A stretch of 29,017 nucleotides of DNA from Acutalibacteraceae bacterium (GTDB taxonomy: Bacteria > Bacillota > Clostridia > Oscillospirales > Acutalibacteraceae): positions 1-29,017 of the forward strand of contig JAZUMM010000108.1 of assembly GCA_045603625.1 (NCBI GenBank), read 5' to 3'. Below the pieces are notes generated by a model, which saw only the letters and a program-made list of their open reading frames with translations, did no database searches and was not told the DNA's origin. Positions within the stretch are counted from its first letter, which is position 1. The number at the start of each line of letters is the position of its first letter. Both the position numbers and the translations under genes were made by a program. Positions 1 to 8,668 of this stretch are shown piece by piece.

Positions 1-195
1 ATGGTTAAAACTGCATATAAAACAGCTATAAAGAATTTCAAAGCTGCTGTTGAAGAAGGAAATAAAGAAAAAGCAACAGAATTATTTAAATTAGCAACAA
101 AAGCTGTTGAGAAAGCAGCAAAGAAAGGTGTTATAAAAGACAATACTGCTTCTAGAAAGAAGTCAAGTCTTGCAAGAACTTTGAATACACTTTAG
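1..195 (+). CDS. rpsT: 30S ribosomal protein bS20, C-terminal ~64 aa; 5' end lies outside the window (position 1 is an internal Met)
   Basis: KTAIKNFKAAVEEGNKE...KAAKKGVIKDNTASRKKSSLA matches the bS20 pattern (KTxIKKF...KAAxKGVIHKNxAARKKSRL). Confidence 0.93.
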   Translation: MVKTAYKTAIKNFKAAVEEGNKEKATELFKLATKAVEKAAKKGVIKDNTASRKKSSLARTLNTL

Positions 196-233
196 TATTA
201 ACTTGCTAAGCTACTCTGGAAGGAGGGAAATAT

Positions 234-410
234 ATGTCAGGAATAAAGATTAGAGACAACGAGTCTATAGATAATGCTTTAAAAAGATTCAAAAGAGACT
301 GCGCAAAAAGTGGAGTTTTACAAGAGGTTAGAAAAAGAGAGCATTATGAAAAGCCAAGTGTAAAGAGAAAAAAGAAATCAGAGGCTGCTCGTAAACGTAA
401 GTTCTATTAA
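234..410 (+). CDS. rpsU: 30S ribosomal protein bS21, 58 aa (absent from the ORF track)
   Basis: Manual translation [58 protein letters not shown]; RBS GGAAGGAGG at 218-226. Confidence 0.97.
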   Translation: MSGIKIRDNESIDNALKRFKRDCAKSGVLQEVRKREHYEKPSVKRKKKSEAARKRKFY

Positions 411-418
411 AAAAATTG

Positions 419-459
419 AGAGATGAACCTTTTTTAAGGTTTCATCTCTTTATTTTTTT
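419..459 (+). terminator. Intrinsic terminator after rpsU
   Basis: agagatgaacctt (419-431) pairs with aaggtttcatctct (436-449) with one bulge, followed by a T-rich tract. Confidence 0.8.
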
Positions 460-505
460 GTTTTACTGTGATATTATATAAAATGAAATATTGTGGGGTG
501 TAAAT

Positions 506-1033
506 ATGCGCGAAAAAGATACTACAATTAAATATATGTTTCACACGGTGAACGATATAACACCTCAGATTGTTCGTGAATTGGGCTTGCAGGCAATAGT
601 GTTTGATTTGGATAACACTACTGTTAAGGATGCAACTCTTACAACAATTCCCGGTTCAATTTCCTGGATTAAGGAGCTTAAGCAAGCAAATATTCCTGTT
701 GCTATTGTTACAAATACACCCCACATAAGGGCTTACTGGTTTTCCAGAACTTTTGGTGTAAAATTTCACGCTTTTGCAAAAAAACCGCTTCCTCACGGCA
801 TACTTCGTATGAGCCGTAAATTATGCGTTCCTGTTGAAAAAATCGGTATGGTCGGTGACCAGGTTTTTACTGATGTTGCGGCGGCAAACAGATGCGGTGC
901 GGTACCTCTTCTTGTTGACCCGGTAGAAAATAAATGGTTCTGGAAAAATCATTACAAGAAAAATCGTATTAAAGAGGCTCCTTTGAGGGAAGCTTTTTTA
1001 AAGGAGCATGGCTATTATGGAGAAAATAAATAA
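506..1033 (+). CDS. yqeG: YqeG-family HAD IIIA phosphatase
   Basis: Motifs FDLDNT, IVTN, AKKPLP, MVGDQVFTDV; ATG at 506 preferred over TTG at 491 because GGGGTG lies at 495-500. Confidence 0.88.
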   Translation: MREKDTTIKYMFHTVNDITPQIVRELGLQAIVFDLDNTTVKDATLTTIPGSISWIKELKQANIPVAIVTNTPHIRAYWFSRTFGVKFHAFAKKPLPHGILRMSRKLCVPVEKIGMVGDQVFTDVAAANRCGAVPLLVDPVENKWFWKNHYKKNRIKEAPLREAFLKEHGYYGENK

Positions 1034-2084
1034 TCTTCAGAATTTTCTTAAAGCGAATGACGAAGCAATTCTTATTTCGTCACCTGAAAACAGGCGTTAT
1101 TTTACTCAGTTTTCTTCAACTGACGGTTATCTTCTTGTAACAAAAAATAAAGCAATATTTTTTACAGACAGCAGATATGTTGAGGCGGCACAAAAGCAGA
1201 TTAAAGCTTGCCGGGTTGCTTTGTTAACGCGGGTTTCTAAAGAAATCAAAGCATTTTTGGAAGAAGAAAAAATATTGAAAATTTACGTTGAATCACAACG
1301 TCTTACGGTAACTGAATACAGCTTATTAAAAAAAGCTTTTTCGCCTGTCAAGGTAAAGGCATTAAAGTCACTTGAAGCTAAAATAAATGCTTTAAGGGTT
1401 CAAAAGTCTTCTGACGAAGCGGAGTGTATAAAAAAGGCTCAGAAAATAGCAGAAGAAGCCTTTGAAAATATTTTAACCTTTATTAAACCCGGTGTTACCG
1501 AAAAGGAAATTGCACTTAATCTTGATTTTTATATGCTTTCTCACGGTGCAGAGGCTCTTTCCTTTGAGACTATTGCCGTAACAGGTGCAAAAACATCAAT
1601 GCCACACGGAGTTCCTGATGAAACAGTTGTAAAATCGGGCGATTTTGTTACTATGGATTTTGGTGCGGTATATAATGGCTACCATAGTGATATGACACGT
1701 ACCGTTGCTGTGGGAAAGGTTTCTTCAGAGCAACGTAAAATTTATGAAACAGTACTTTCTGCTCAAAAAGCATCTCTTTCCGTTTTAAAAGCAGGTGTAT
1801 CTTGCAAGCAAGCAGATTTGGCTGCAAGGAGCATTATAGAAAGTGCAGGCTATGGTGAATATTTCGGTCATGGTACAGGTCACGGTGTCGGTATTGAAAT
1901 TCACGAAGAGCCAAGCCTTTCGCCACGTAGTGAGGCTATTTTAAAAGAGGGCAATATTGTTACTGTTGAGCCGGGTATTTACATTCCGGGTAAATTCGGT
2001 GTGCGTATAGAAGATATGGCACTGATTACAAAAAACGGGTATGAAAATTTGACCTCAACACCTAAGGATTTAATAATTTTATAA
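1017..2084 (+). CDS. Xaa-Pro aminopeptidase/dipeptidase (M24B, YqhT/PepQ-like)
   Basis: Creatinase-like N-domain (NRRYF...TDSRY) and metal-binding motifs DFGA, YHSDMTRT, GHGVGIEIHEEP, VEPGIY, GVRIED; ATG at 1017 is better spaced from AAGGAG than ATG at 1008. Confidence 0.92.
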   Translation: MEKINNLQNFLKANDEAILISSPENRRYFTQFSSTDGYLLVTKNKAIFFTDSRYVEAAQKQIKACRVALLTRVSKEIKAFLEEEKILKIYVESQRLTVTEYSLLKKAFSPVKVKALKSLEAKINALRVQKSSDEAECIKKAQKIAEEAFENILTFIKPGVTEKEIALNLDFYMLSHGAEALSFETIAVTGAKTSMPHGVPDETVVKSGDFVTMDFGAVYNGYHSDMTRTVAVGKVSSEQRKIYETVLSAQKASLSVLKAGVSCKQADLAARSIIESAGYGEYFGHGTGHGVGIEIHEEPSLSPRSEAILKEGNIVTVEPGIYIPGKFGVRIEDMALITKNGYENLTSTPKDLIIL

Positions 2085-2107
2085 AATAAATTTAAGGAGT
2101 AAATTTT

Positions 2108-3676
2108 ATGAAACAGTATGTAGAAAGCGGCAAAGCAATTCTTGGTATTGAATTTGGTTCAACAAGAATTAAAGCGGTGCTTATTGATGATAACGGTGAA
2201 GTACTTGCAGTTGGCGGTTACGATTGGGAAAATAGTCTTAAAAACGGCATCTGGACTTATAGTCTTGATGAAATTTATGCAGGCCTTAAGGGTAGCTATG
2301 CTTCTCTTAAAGCAGATGTTAAAGAAAAATACGGCATTACCCTTAAGTCATTAAAGGCAATCGGTATAAGCGGTATGATGCATGGTTATCTTCCGTTTAA
2401 TGCACAAGGCGAATTGTTGGCAGATTTCCGTACCTGGCGTAATACAATTACTGCCACTGCTGCAGATAAATTAACAAAGGAATTTAATTTCAACATTCCT
2501 CAACGTTGGAGCATTGCTCATCTTTATCAATCAATTCTTAATGGCGAAGAACACGTTAAGGATATTGCATATTTCACAACGCTTGCAGGCTTTATTCATA
2601 CTCTTCTTACAGGGAAGAAGGTTCTTGGTATTGGTGAAGCATCAGGTATGTTCCCAATGAACGGTAATGATTACGATAAAGAGATGCTTTCAAAATTTGA
2701 TGCTCTTTTAGATGGAAAATATAGCTGGAAGATTAAAGATATTCTTCCTGAAGTACTTGTTGCAGGTGAAAATGCAGGGGTGCTTACCGCTGACGGAGCA
2801 AATCTTCTTGATGAAGAGGGTGACCTTGAAAGCGGTATACCAATGTGTCCGCCTGAGGGCGATGCAGGTACAGGTATGGTTGCAACAAACAGCGTGCGTA
2901 TCCGCACAGGTAACGTTTCTGCAGGTACATCTGTTTTTGCAATGATTGTACTTGAAAAAGCACTTAAAAAGCTTCATGAAGAAATTGATATGGTAACAAC
3001 TCCCGACGGTGCTCCTGTTGCTATGGTGCATTGTAACAACTGCACCTCAGATATTAATGCTTGGGTAAATCTTTTTAAAGAGGTTGCAGACCTTAGCGGT
3101 GCAAGTATCGGTATGGGCGATTTGTTTACCGCACTTTTCAAAAAATCTGCAGAGGCTGATGCAGATTGCGGCAACCTTCTTTCATATAACTATTTCTCAG
3201 GTGAGCATATTACAGGCTTTGAAACAGGCAAGCCGCTTTTTGTTAAAAATCCTGACAGTAATTTCTCACTTGCAAACTTTATGAGAGTACAGCTTTTCAC
3301 TTGCTTTGGTGCCCTTAAAACAGGACTTAAAATTCTTGATGAAGAGCAGGTAAACGTAGATAAAATTTTAGGTCACGGTGGCTTTTTCAAGACACCTGTT
3401 ATTGGTCAAAGTGTGCTTGCAGCGGTAATGAATACTCCTGTTTCTGTTATGGAAACTGCAGGTGAAGGCGGTGCCTGGGGTATAGCGGTGCTTGCTGCAT
3501 TTGCAGTAAATAAAGAAGCAGATGAGCTTCTTCCCGATTATCTTGACGGTAAGATTTTTGCATCACAAAAAATGACAACTCTTGAGCCTTGCGCGGCTAT
3601 TGTCAACAGCTTTAATTCCTTTATGGAAAATTACACAAAAGGTCTTGCTATTGAAAGAGCAGCAGTTGATATGTAA
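2108..3676 (+). CDS. FGGY-family pentulose kinase (xylulokinase/AraK-type ribulokinase-like)
   Basis: [61 protein letters not shown]; RBS AAGGAG at 2094-2099. Confidence 0.85.
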   Translation: MKQYVESGKAILGIEFGSTRIKAVLIDDNGEVLAVGGYDWENSLKNGIWTYSLDEIYAGLKGSYASLKADVKEKYGITLKSLKAIGISGMMHGYLPFNAQGELLADFRTWRNTITATAADKLTKEFNFNIPQRWSIAHLYQSILNGEEHVKDIAYFTTLAGFIHTLLTGKKVLGIGEASGMFPMNGNDYDKEMLSKFDALLDGKYSWKIKDILPEVLVAGENAGVLTADGANLLDEEGDLESGIPMCPPEGDAGTGMVATNSVRIRTGNVSAGTSVFAMIVLEKALKKLHEEIDMVTTPDGAPVAMVHCNNCTSDINAWVNLFKEVADLSGASIGMGDLFTALFKKSAEADADCGNLLSYNYFSGEHITGFETGKPLFVKNPDSNFSLANFMRVQLFTCFGALKTGLKILDEEQVNVDKILGHGGFFKTPVIGQSVLAAVMNTPVSVMETAGEGGAWGIAVLAAFAVNKEADELLPDYLDGKIFASQKMTTLEPCAAIVNSFNSFMENYTKGLAIERAAVDM

Positions 3677-3696
3677 AGTGAAAAATAATAAAATTT

Positions 3697-3729
3697 GCCC
3701 TTATCTTTATTACGGATAAGGGCTTTTTT
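3697..3729 (+). terminator. Intrinsic terminator after the kinase gene
   Basis: gcccttatc (3697-3705) / gataagggc (3715-3723) followed by T6. Confidence 0.88.
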
Positions 3730-3742
3730 ATGTCCGTTTTTG

Positions 3743-3771
3743 TTGACATATATATGTAATTAAATTATAAT
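3743..3771 (+). promoter_or_regulatory. Consensus sigmaA promoter of the glycan operon
   Basis: TTGACA (3743-3748), 17 bp spacer, TATAAT (3766-3771). Confidence 0.9.
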
Positions 3772-3847
3772 GTAATATGTATAAGTATTAGTATGTCTTA
3801 TTGTGTCTTGATATGGGTAATTTTTAAATAAAAAGGAGTTTCTGTTT

Positions 3848-5038
3848 ATGGAAATAAAGCCTTTTAAAAATAAAATATGGCTCTCTACACCAACAATGCA
3901 CGGTGAAGAAATTGAGTATATAAAGGAAGCTTATGAAACAAACTGGATGTCTACCGTAGGTGCAAATATTAACGAGGTTGAACGCGGTATTTGTGAGAAG
4001 GTCGGCTGTAAATATGCAGTAGCACTTTCTGCAGGCACAGCGGCACTTCACATGGCAATGAAGCTTGCAGGTGTAAAGCGTGGCGAAAAGGTTTTTTGTA
4101 CTGATATGACCTTTGATGCAACAGTTAACCCGGTTGTTTATGAAGGCGGTGAGCCTGTTTTTATTGACACGGAATATGACACATGGAATATGGACCCTGT
4201 TGCTCTGGAAAAAGCATTTGAGCTTTATCCTGATGTTAAAATTTGTGTTGTGGCACATCTTTACGGTGTGCCTGCAAAAATGGATGAAATAAAAGCAATT
4301 TGCAAAAAGCACGGTGCAATTCTTATTGAAGATGCGGCGGAATCCTTAGGTGCAACCTATAAGGGTCAGCAAACAGGCGTTTTTGGTGATTATGCGGCAA
4401 TTTCTTTTAACGGAAACAAAATTATTACCGGCTCTTCCGGTGGTATGCTTTTAACAGATGATGCTGATGCGGCTGCAAAGGTTCGCAAATGGTCAACTCA
4501 GGCAAGAGATAATGCTCCTTGGTACCAACATACAGAGCTCGGCTATAATTACAGAATGAGTAACGTTATTGCAGGTGTTGTTCGTGGGCAGCTTCCGCAT
4601 CTTGAGGAACACATTGCACAGAAAAAAGCAATTTACGAAAGATATAAAGAGGGCTTTAAGGATTTGCCTGTAAAAATGAATCCTTTTGATGAATTAAATA
4701 CTGTGCCTAACTATTGGCTTTCCTGTATGATTATTGATGAAACTGCAATGTGCAAGCAGGTGAGAACAGATTGTGAAGCATTTTATGAATCCGAGAGCGG
4801 AAAATCCTGTCCGACTGAAATTCTTGAAAAAATAGCAGCAATAAATGCTGAGGGCAGACCAATCTGGAAGCCGATGCATATGCAACCTATTTATGAAGAT
4901 AAGGCTTTTGTTGCAATTGGTGAAAATGATGTTGGTGCAGATATTTTCAACAGAGGTCTTTGCCTTCCCAGTGATAATAAAATGACTCCGCAAGAGCAGG
5001 CAGTAATTATTGAAGTTGTAAGAAAGTGTTTTGAGTAA
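3848..5038 (+). CDS. DegT/DnrJ/EryC1/StrS PLP aminotransferase (EpsN/PglE/WcfR-like; UDP-4-keto-6-deoxy-HexNAc C4 amination)
   Basis: SAGTAALH, IEDAAESLG, SFNGNKIITGSSGG (PLP lysine), LGYNYRMSNV, RPIWKPMHMQP, GLCLPS. Confidence 0.92.
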   Translation: MEIKPFKNKIWLSTPTMHGEEIEYIKEAYETNWMSTVGANINEVERGICEKVGCKYAVALSAGTAALHMAMKLAGVKRGEKVFCTDMTFDATVNPVVYEGGEPVFIDTEYDTWNMDPVALEKAFELYPDVKICVVAHLYGVPAKMDEIKAICKKHGAILIEDAAESLGATYKGQQTGVFGDYAAISFNGNKIITGSSGGMLLTDDADAAAKVRKWSTQARDNAPWYQHTELGYNYRMSNVIAGVVRGQLPHLEEHIAQKKAIYERYKEGFKDLPVKMNPFDELNTVPNYWLSCMIIDETAMCKQVRTDCEAFYESESGKSCPTEILEKIAAINAEGRPIWKPMHMQPIYEDKAFVAIGENDVGADIFNRGLCLPSDNKMTPQEQAVIIEVVRKCFE

Positions 5039-5039
5039 T

Positions 5040-5651
5040 ATGTACGCAAAATTTTTTAAAAGATTATTTGATTTTTTTATATCCCTTTGTGCGATAATCT
5101 GCCTTTCTCCGGTTTTTGTTGTTCTCATTATTTTGGGTGCAATAAAAATGAAGGGTAATCCCTTTTTTACACAGAACAGACCGGGTAAGAATGAAAAAAT
5201 CTTTAAGCTTATAAAATTCCGCACAATGACTTGTGAAACGGATGAAAACGGCGAGCTTCTTCCCGATGAAGACAGGCTTACAAAATACGGTAACTTTCTA
5301 AGGTCAACCTCTCTTGATGAATTACCTGAATTTTTTAATATTCTTAAGGGCGATATGTCTTTTGTGGGTCCAAGACCTTTGCTTGTTAAGTATCTTCCTC
5401 TTTATAACGAAGAGCAAAAAAGACGTCACGAATCGCGTCCCGGTCTTACGGGACTTGCTCAGGTAAACGGCAGGAATTCTTTAACCTGGGAGCAGAAGTT
5501 TGAAGATGATGTTAAGTACATAGATAATATTTCTTTAGTGCTTGATATAAAAATTCTTTTTAAGACCGTTGCAACAGTTTTGAAAAGAGAAGGCATAAAT
5601 CAAGAAAATAATGCAACTATGGAAGAGTTCAAGGGAACTCCCGTGAGGTAA
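5040..5651 (+). CDS. Initiating phosphoglycosyltransferase (PglC/EpsL/WcfS-like)
   Basis: KRLFD, KFRTM, LRSTSLDELPE, GDMSFVGPRP, RPGLTGLAQVNGRN; ATG at 5040 just after the upstream stop. Confidence 0.93.
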   Translation: MYAKFFKRLFDFFISLCAIICLSPVFVVLIILGAIKMKGNPFFTQNRPGKNEKIFKLIKFRTMTCETDENGELLPDEDRLTKYGNFLRSTSLDELPEFFNILKGDMSFVGPRPLLVKYLPLYNEEQKRRHESRPGLTGLAQVNGRNSLTWEQKFEDDVKYIDNISLVLDIKILFKTVATVLKREGINQENNATMEEFKGTPVR

Positions 5652-5655
5652 TGTT

Positions 5656-6264
5656 ATGAAAAGTATTGTTATAATCGGTGCCAGCGGACACGGTAAAGTA
5701 ATTGCCGATGTTGCTAAATGCGTTGGTTATGAAAAAATTACTTTCCTTGATGATGGCAGAACAGGAAAGGTCGGCAATTATGAAATTGCAGGAGATACAT
5801 CGTTAATAGATTCCTTTGATGCAGATTTTTTTGTTGCTATCGGCAGCGGTCCTGTCAGGAGAAGAATTACTCAGCGAATTGAGGAAAAGGGTAAAAACAT
5901 TCCCATACTTATTCATCCGTCTGCCACAGTTGCCGAAAGCGTAAAAATCGGCTATGGTTCTGCAGTTATGGCAGGTGCGGTTATTAATCCGGATGCAATA
6001 ATAAGTAAGGGCGCCATTATAAATACAGGCTCCTCTGTTGACCACGATTGCTTTATTGGTGAATATAATCATATAGCAGTAGGCAGTCATATTGCAGGTG
6101 CTGTTGTAACAGGCGAAAATGTTTGGGTTGGTGCAGGCGCAACAGTCAGCAATAACATTAAAATTTGCAGTAACGTACTTCTCGGAGCAGGTGCGGTTGC
6201 AGTTAAGGATATTGATGAAGAGGGTACTTATGTAGGTGTACCTGCAAGACTTATGAAAAAATAA
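5656..6264 (+). CDS. Hexapeptide-repeat sugar N-acetyltransferase (PglD/EpsM/NeuD family)
   Basis: IIGASGHGKVIAD, FLDD, AIGS, left-handed beta-helix repeats, VDHDC, VGVPAR. Confidence 0.92.
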   Translation: MKSIVIIGASGHGKVIADVAKCVGYEKITFLDDGRTGKVGNYEIAGDTSLIDSFDADFFVAIGSGPVRRRITQRIEEKGKNIPILIHPSATVAESVKIGYGSAVMAGAVINPDAIISKGAIINTGSSVDHDCFIGEYNHIAVGSHIAGAVVTGENVWVGAGATVSNNIKICSNVLLGAGAVAVKDIDEEGTYVGVPARLMKK

Positions 6265-6294
6265 TTTAATCTACGTTTAAGAGGTAATTTTGTA

Positions 6295-7494
6295 ATGAAA
6301 AATGTTCTTCTTATAGCCCATTTTTGTGACTATGGTACGGAACAATCAAATAATCGCTTTAATTACATAGCAGAAATGTTAAGTAAGGCAGGGCATAGTG
6401 TAACTGTTGTTACATCAAGCTTTTGTCATAGAGAAAAAAAGCAAAGGGAAGAGGTTCCTCAACCGTGTAACGGCTATAGTACCGTGCTTTTGAATGAACC
6501 GTCTTATGCAAAAAACGTTTCGTTAAAAAGGCTTTTTTACTCTCATAAGGTTTTTGCTGAGAATTTAAAAAATTACCTTAAAACCTGTAATAAGCCGGAT
6601 GTGGTTTATACGGCAATACCCTCAAATGATGTAGGTGCAGTAGTTGCAGATTACTGCAAGAAGGAAAATGTTCCTCTGATTACAGATATTCAGGATTTGT
6701 GGCCTGAAGCATACAAGCTTGTTTTTAATATACCTGTTGTGAGCGATATTATTTTTGCTCCTATGTTAAAGCAAGCAAACAAGCTTTATGCCCAGTCAGA
6801 TAAAATTGTTGCAGTTTCTCAAACATATGTAAAAAGAGGTTTGGAAAATTGCCATAAGGATAAAACAGGGCTCAGCGTTTTTCTCGGAACGGAGCTTGAA
6901 AGCTTTGATAAATCGGCACAAGGCTTTGATATAGATAAAAGCGAAGAAGAAATTTGGGTAACCTACGTTGGCACCTTGGGGCACAGCTATAATATAGAAA
7001 TTGTTATTGACGCACTTAAGCTGTTGCCTGAAGATTTAAAGAAAAAAGTTGTTTTCAAGGTGCTGGGCGATGGTCCCTTGAAAGAAAAATTTGAGTTGTT
7101 CGCAAAGAATACAGATGTTAAAACTGATTTTCTCGGCAGACTTGAGTACGGTAAAATGGTAGCGTACCTTAAAAGGTCCGATATAGCAGTTAACCCTATT
7201 TCAAAAGGCGCAGCTCAAAGTATTATAAATAAACATGGAGATTATGCAATGGCAGGTCTTCCTGTTGTAAGCACGCAAGAAGCAGAAGAGTACAGAAATC
7301 TTCTTGAAAAATATAATTGCGGTATAAGCTGCGGAGCAGAGGATGTTACTGCAGTTTCAGAAGCAATCAAGCTTCTTGTTGAAAATGTGGAATTAAGAAA
7401 TGAAATGGGCGAAAATTCCAGAAAGCTCGGAGAAGAGAAATTTGACAGAAAGCAATCGTATAAAGAAATACTTGATATGATTGAAAAAATATAA
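6295..7494 (+). CDS. GT4 glycosyltransferase (WbuB-like)
   Basis: NRFNYIAEML, DIQDLWPE, YVGTLGHSY, NKHGDYAMAGLPVV. Confidence 0.85.
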   Translation: MKNVLLIAHFCDYGTEQSNNRFNYIAEMLSKAGHSVTVVTSSFCHREKKQREEVPQPCNGYSTVLLNEPSYAKNVSLKRLFYSHKVFAENLKNYLKTCNKPDVVYTAIPSNDVGAVVADYCKKENVPLITDIQDLWPEAYKLVFNIPVVSDIIFAPMLKQANKLYAQSDKIVAVSQTYVKRGLENCHKDKTGLSVFLGTELESFDKSAQGFDIDKSEEEIWVTYVGTLGHSYNIEIVIDALKLLPEDLKKKVVFKVLGDGPLKEKFELFAKNTDVKTDFLGRLEYGKMVAYLKRSDIAVNPISKGAAQSIINKHGDYAMAGLPVVSTQEAEEYRNLLEKYNCGISCGAEDVTAVSEAIKLLVENVELRNEMGENSRKLGEEKFDRKQSYKEILDMIEKI

Positions 7495-7525
7495 CTTTTC
7501 TTTAGGAAAGAGGAAAAAGAAATAA

Positions 7526-8668
7526 ATGAATTTTTTGATTAAGTACGGTCTGTTGCCGGTTCTGTTTCTTTTAGGCTTCGCAATGTCCAGCGATGCCTTC
7601 AGATTCGGGTTCGGGGTAGATATACCGATGATTATAGTAATAGCCTGTGTTTTCTATTACTTGTTTATTTACAAAAAAAGAATACGAGGCGGTATGGCAT
7701 ATTCCTGGTGGATTTATCTTATGGTTGTTCCCACAATTGCCATGACAATGCTTGAGGGTGGAAACATACAGTATATGCTTGTTTCTACCTGTGCTTTGTT
7801 ACTTCCGTTTGCTTTGGAGCCCTTTGTACCCGGTAATAATAAGCAAACAATCAGGGGCTTTTATTTAACCTTTATTGTTTCTACAATGGTACTTCTGTTG
7901 TATGCAAACTTCGGATTTTTAAGCAACTGGAACACTAACTGTATTGCGTACCTTATTTATCTTGGTGTTGCAGGTGCAGCCGTAATACTTTCAGAAAATA
8001 GAAAGAATGTTGTTGTCTGGATATGTCTTTTTTACGTGTTTATTCAGCTTATGGTAACTCAGAGCCGAAATGTTATTTCTGCACTTATTATTGTTATTCT
8101 TCTTGTGTTGTTTAAAAAGACGTTTTCAAAAAAAGGACCTTACACAGCAGCTTGCACCTTTGCAATTGCGTATCCTGTTTTGTTTCCTATAATTACAAAG
8201 CAGGTTGCAGGTACAAGCACATATACGTTCCTCAGACAATTTATGGAATCCTTTTTTGATAAAGAAGGTATTTTCAGCGGACGTGACGGCTTGTTCCCTA
8301 TTGCAGAATCAATTATTGAAAGAGATTTATTTAATAATATTCTGGGCTTTGGTAACCCTATGACCGAAATTCTTTCGGTTCACAATGACTATTATATGAT
8401 ACGCTATGCCTACGGCATTATCGGAACTGTTATTATATGTGCATTACTTATTACGTTCTTTAAAAATGCGTATGTTCTTATTAAAAAAGGCGATAACATT
8501 ACCTTTGGTTGTACAGCAGTTATTATAGGCATTTTGTATCAACAGGCCTCTGAAGGCTGGTTCCTTGGAACCCCGTTGATTGTTTTAATGGCTTTTGTTT
8601 ATATGGCAATAGTTATAAAACGATACAGAATGAGTGAAGGGACACATTTAAAAAATGAAAATGCATAA
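7526..8668 (+). CDS. Multi-pass membrane protein of the O-antigen ligase/Wzy_C type (polymerase or oligosaccharyltransferase)
   Basis: About 10 hydrophobic segments; TQSRN, FSGRD and VHNDYY resemble the SR, GR and HNxY motifs of WaaL/Wzy_C proteins. Confidence 0.7.
   Translation: MNFLIKYGLLPVLFLLGFAMSSDAFRFGFGVDIPMIIVIACVFYYLFIYKKRIRGGMAYSWWIYLMVVPTIAMTMLEGGNIQYMLVSTCALLLPFALEPFVPGNNKQTIRGFYLTFIVSTMVLLLYANFGFLSNWNTNCIAYLIYLGVAGAAVILSENRKNVVVWICLFYVFIQLMVTQSRNVISALIIVILLVLFKKTFSKKGPYTAACTFAIAYPVLFPIITKQVAGTSTYTFLRQFMESFFDKEGIFSGRDGLFPIAESIIERDLFNNILGFGNPMTEILSVHNDYYMIRYAYGIIGTVIICALLITFFKNAYVLIKKGDNITFGCTAVIIGILYQQASEGWFLGTPLIVLMAFVYMAIVIKRYRMSEGTHLKNENA

Noticed and set aside
2108-3676. Pentulose kinase as precursor supplier for the ulosonate cassette
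   Set aside because: It is separated from the operon by a terminator and a new promoter, there is no KdsD isomerase, and only proximity supports the link.
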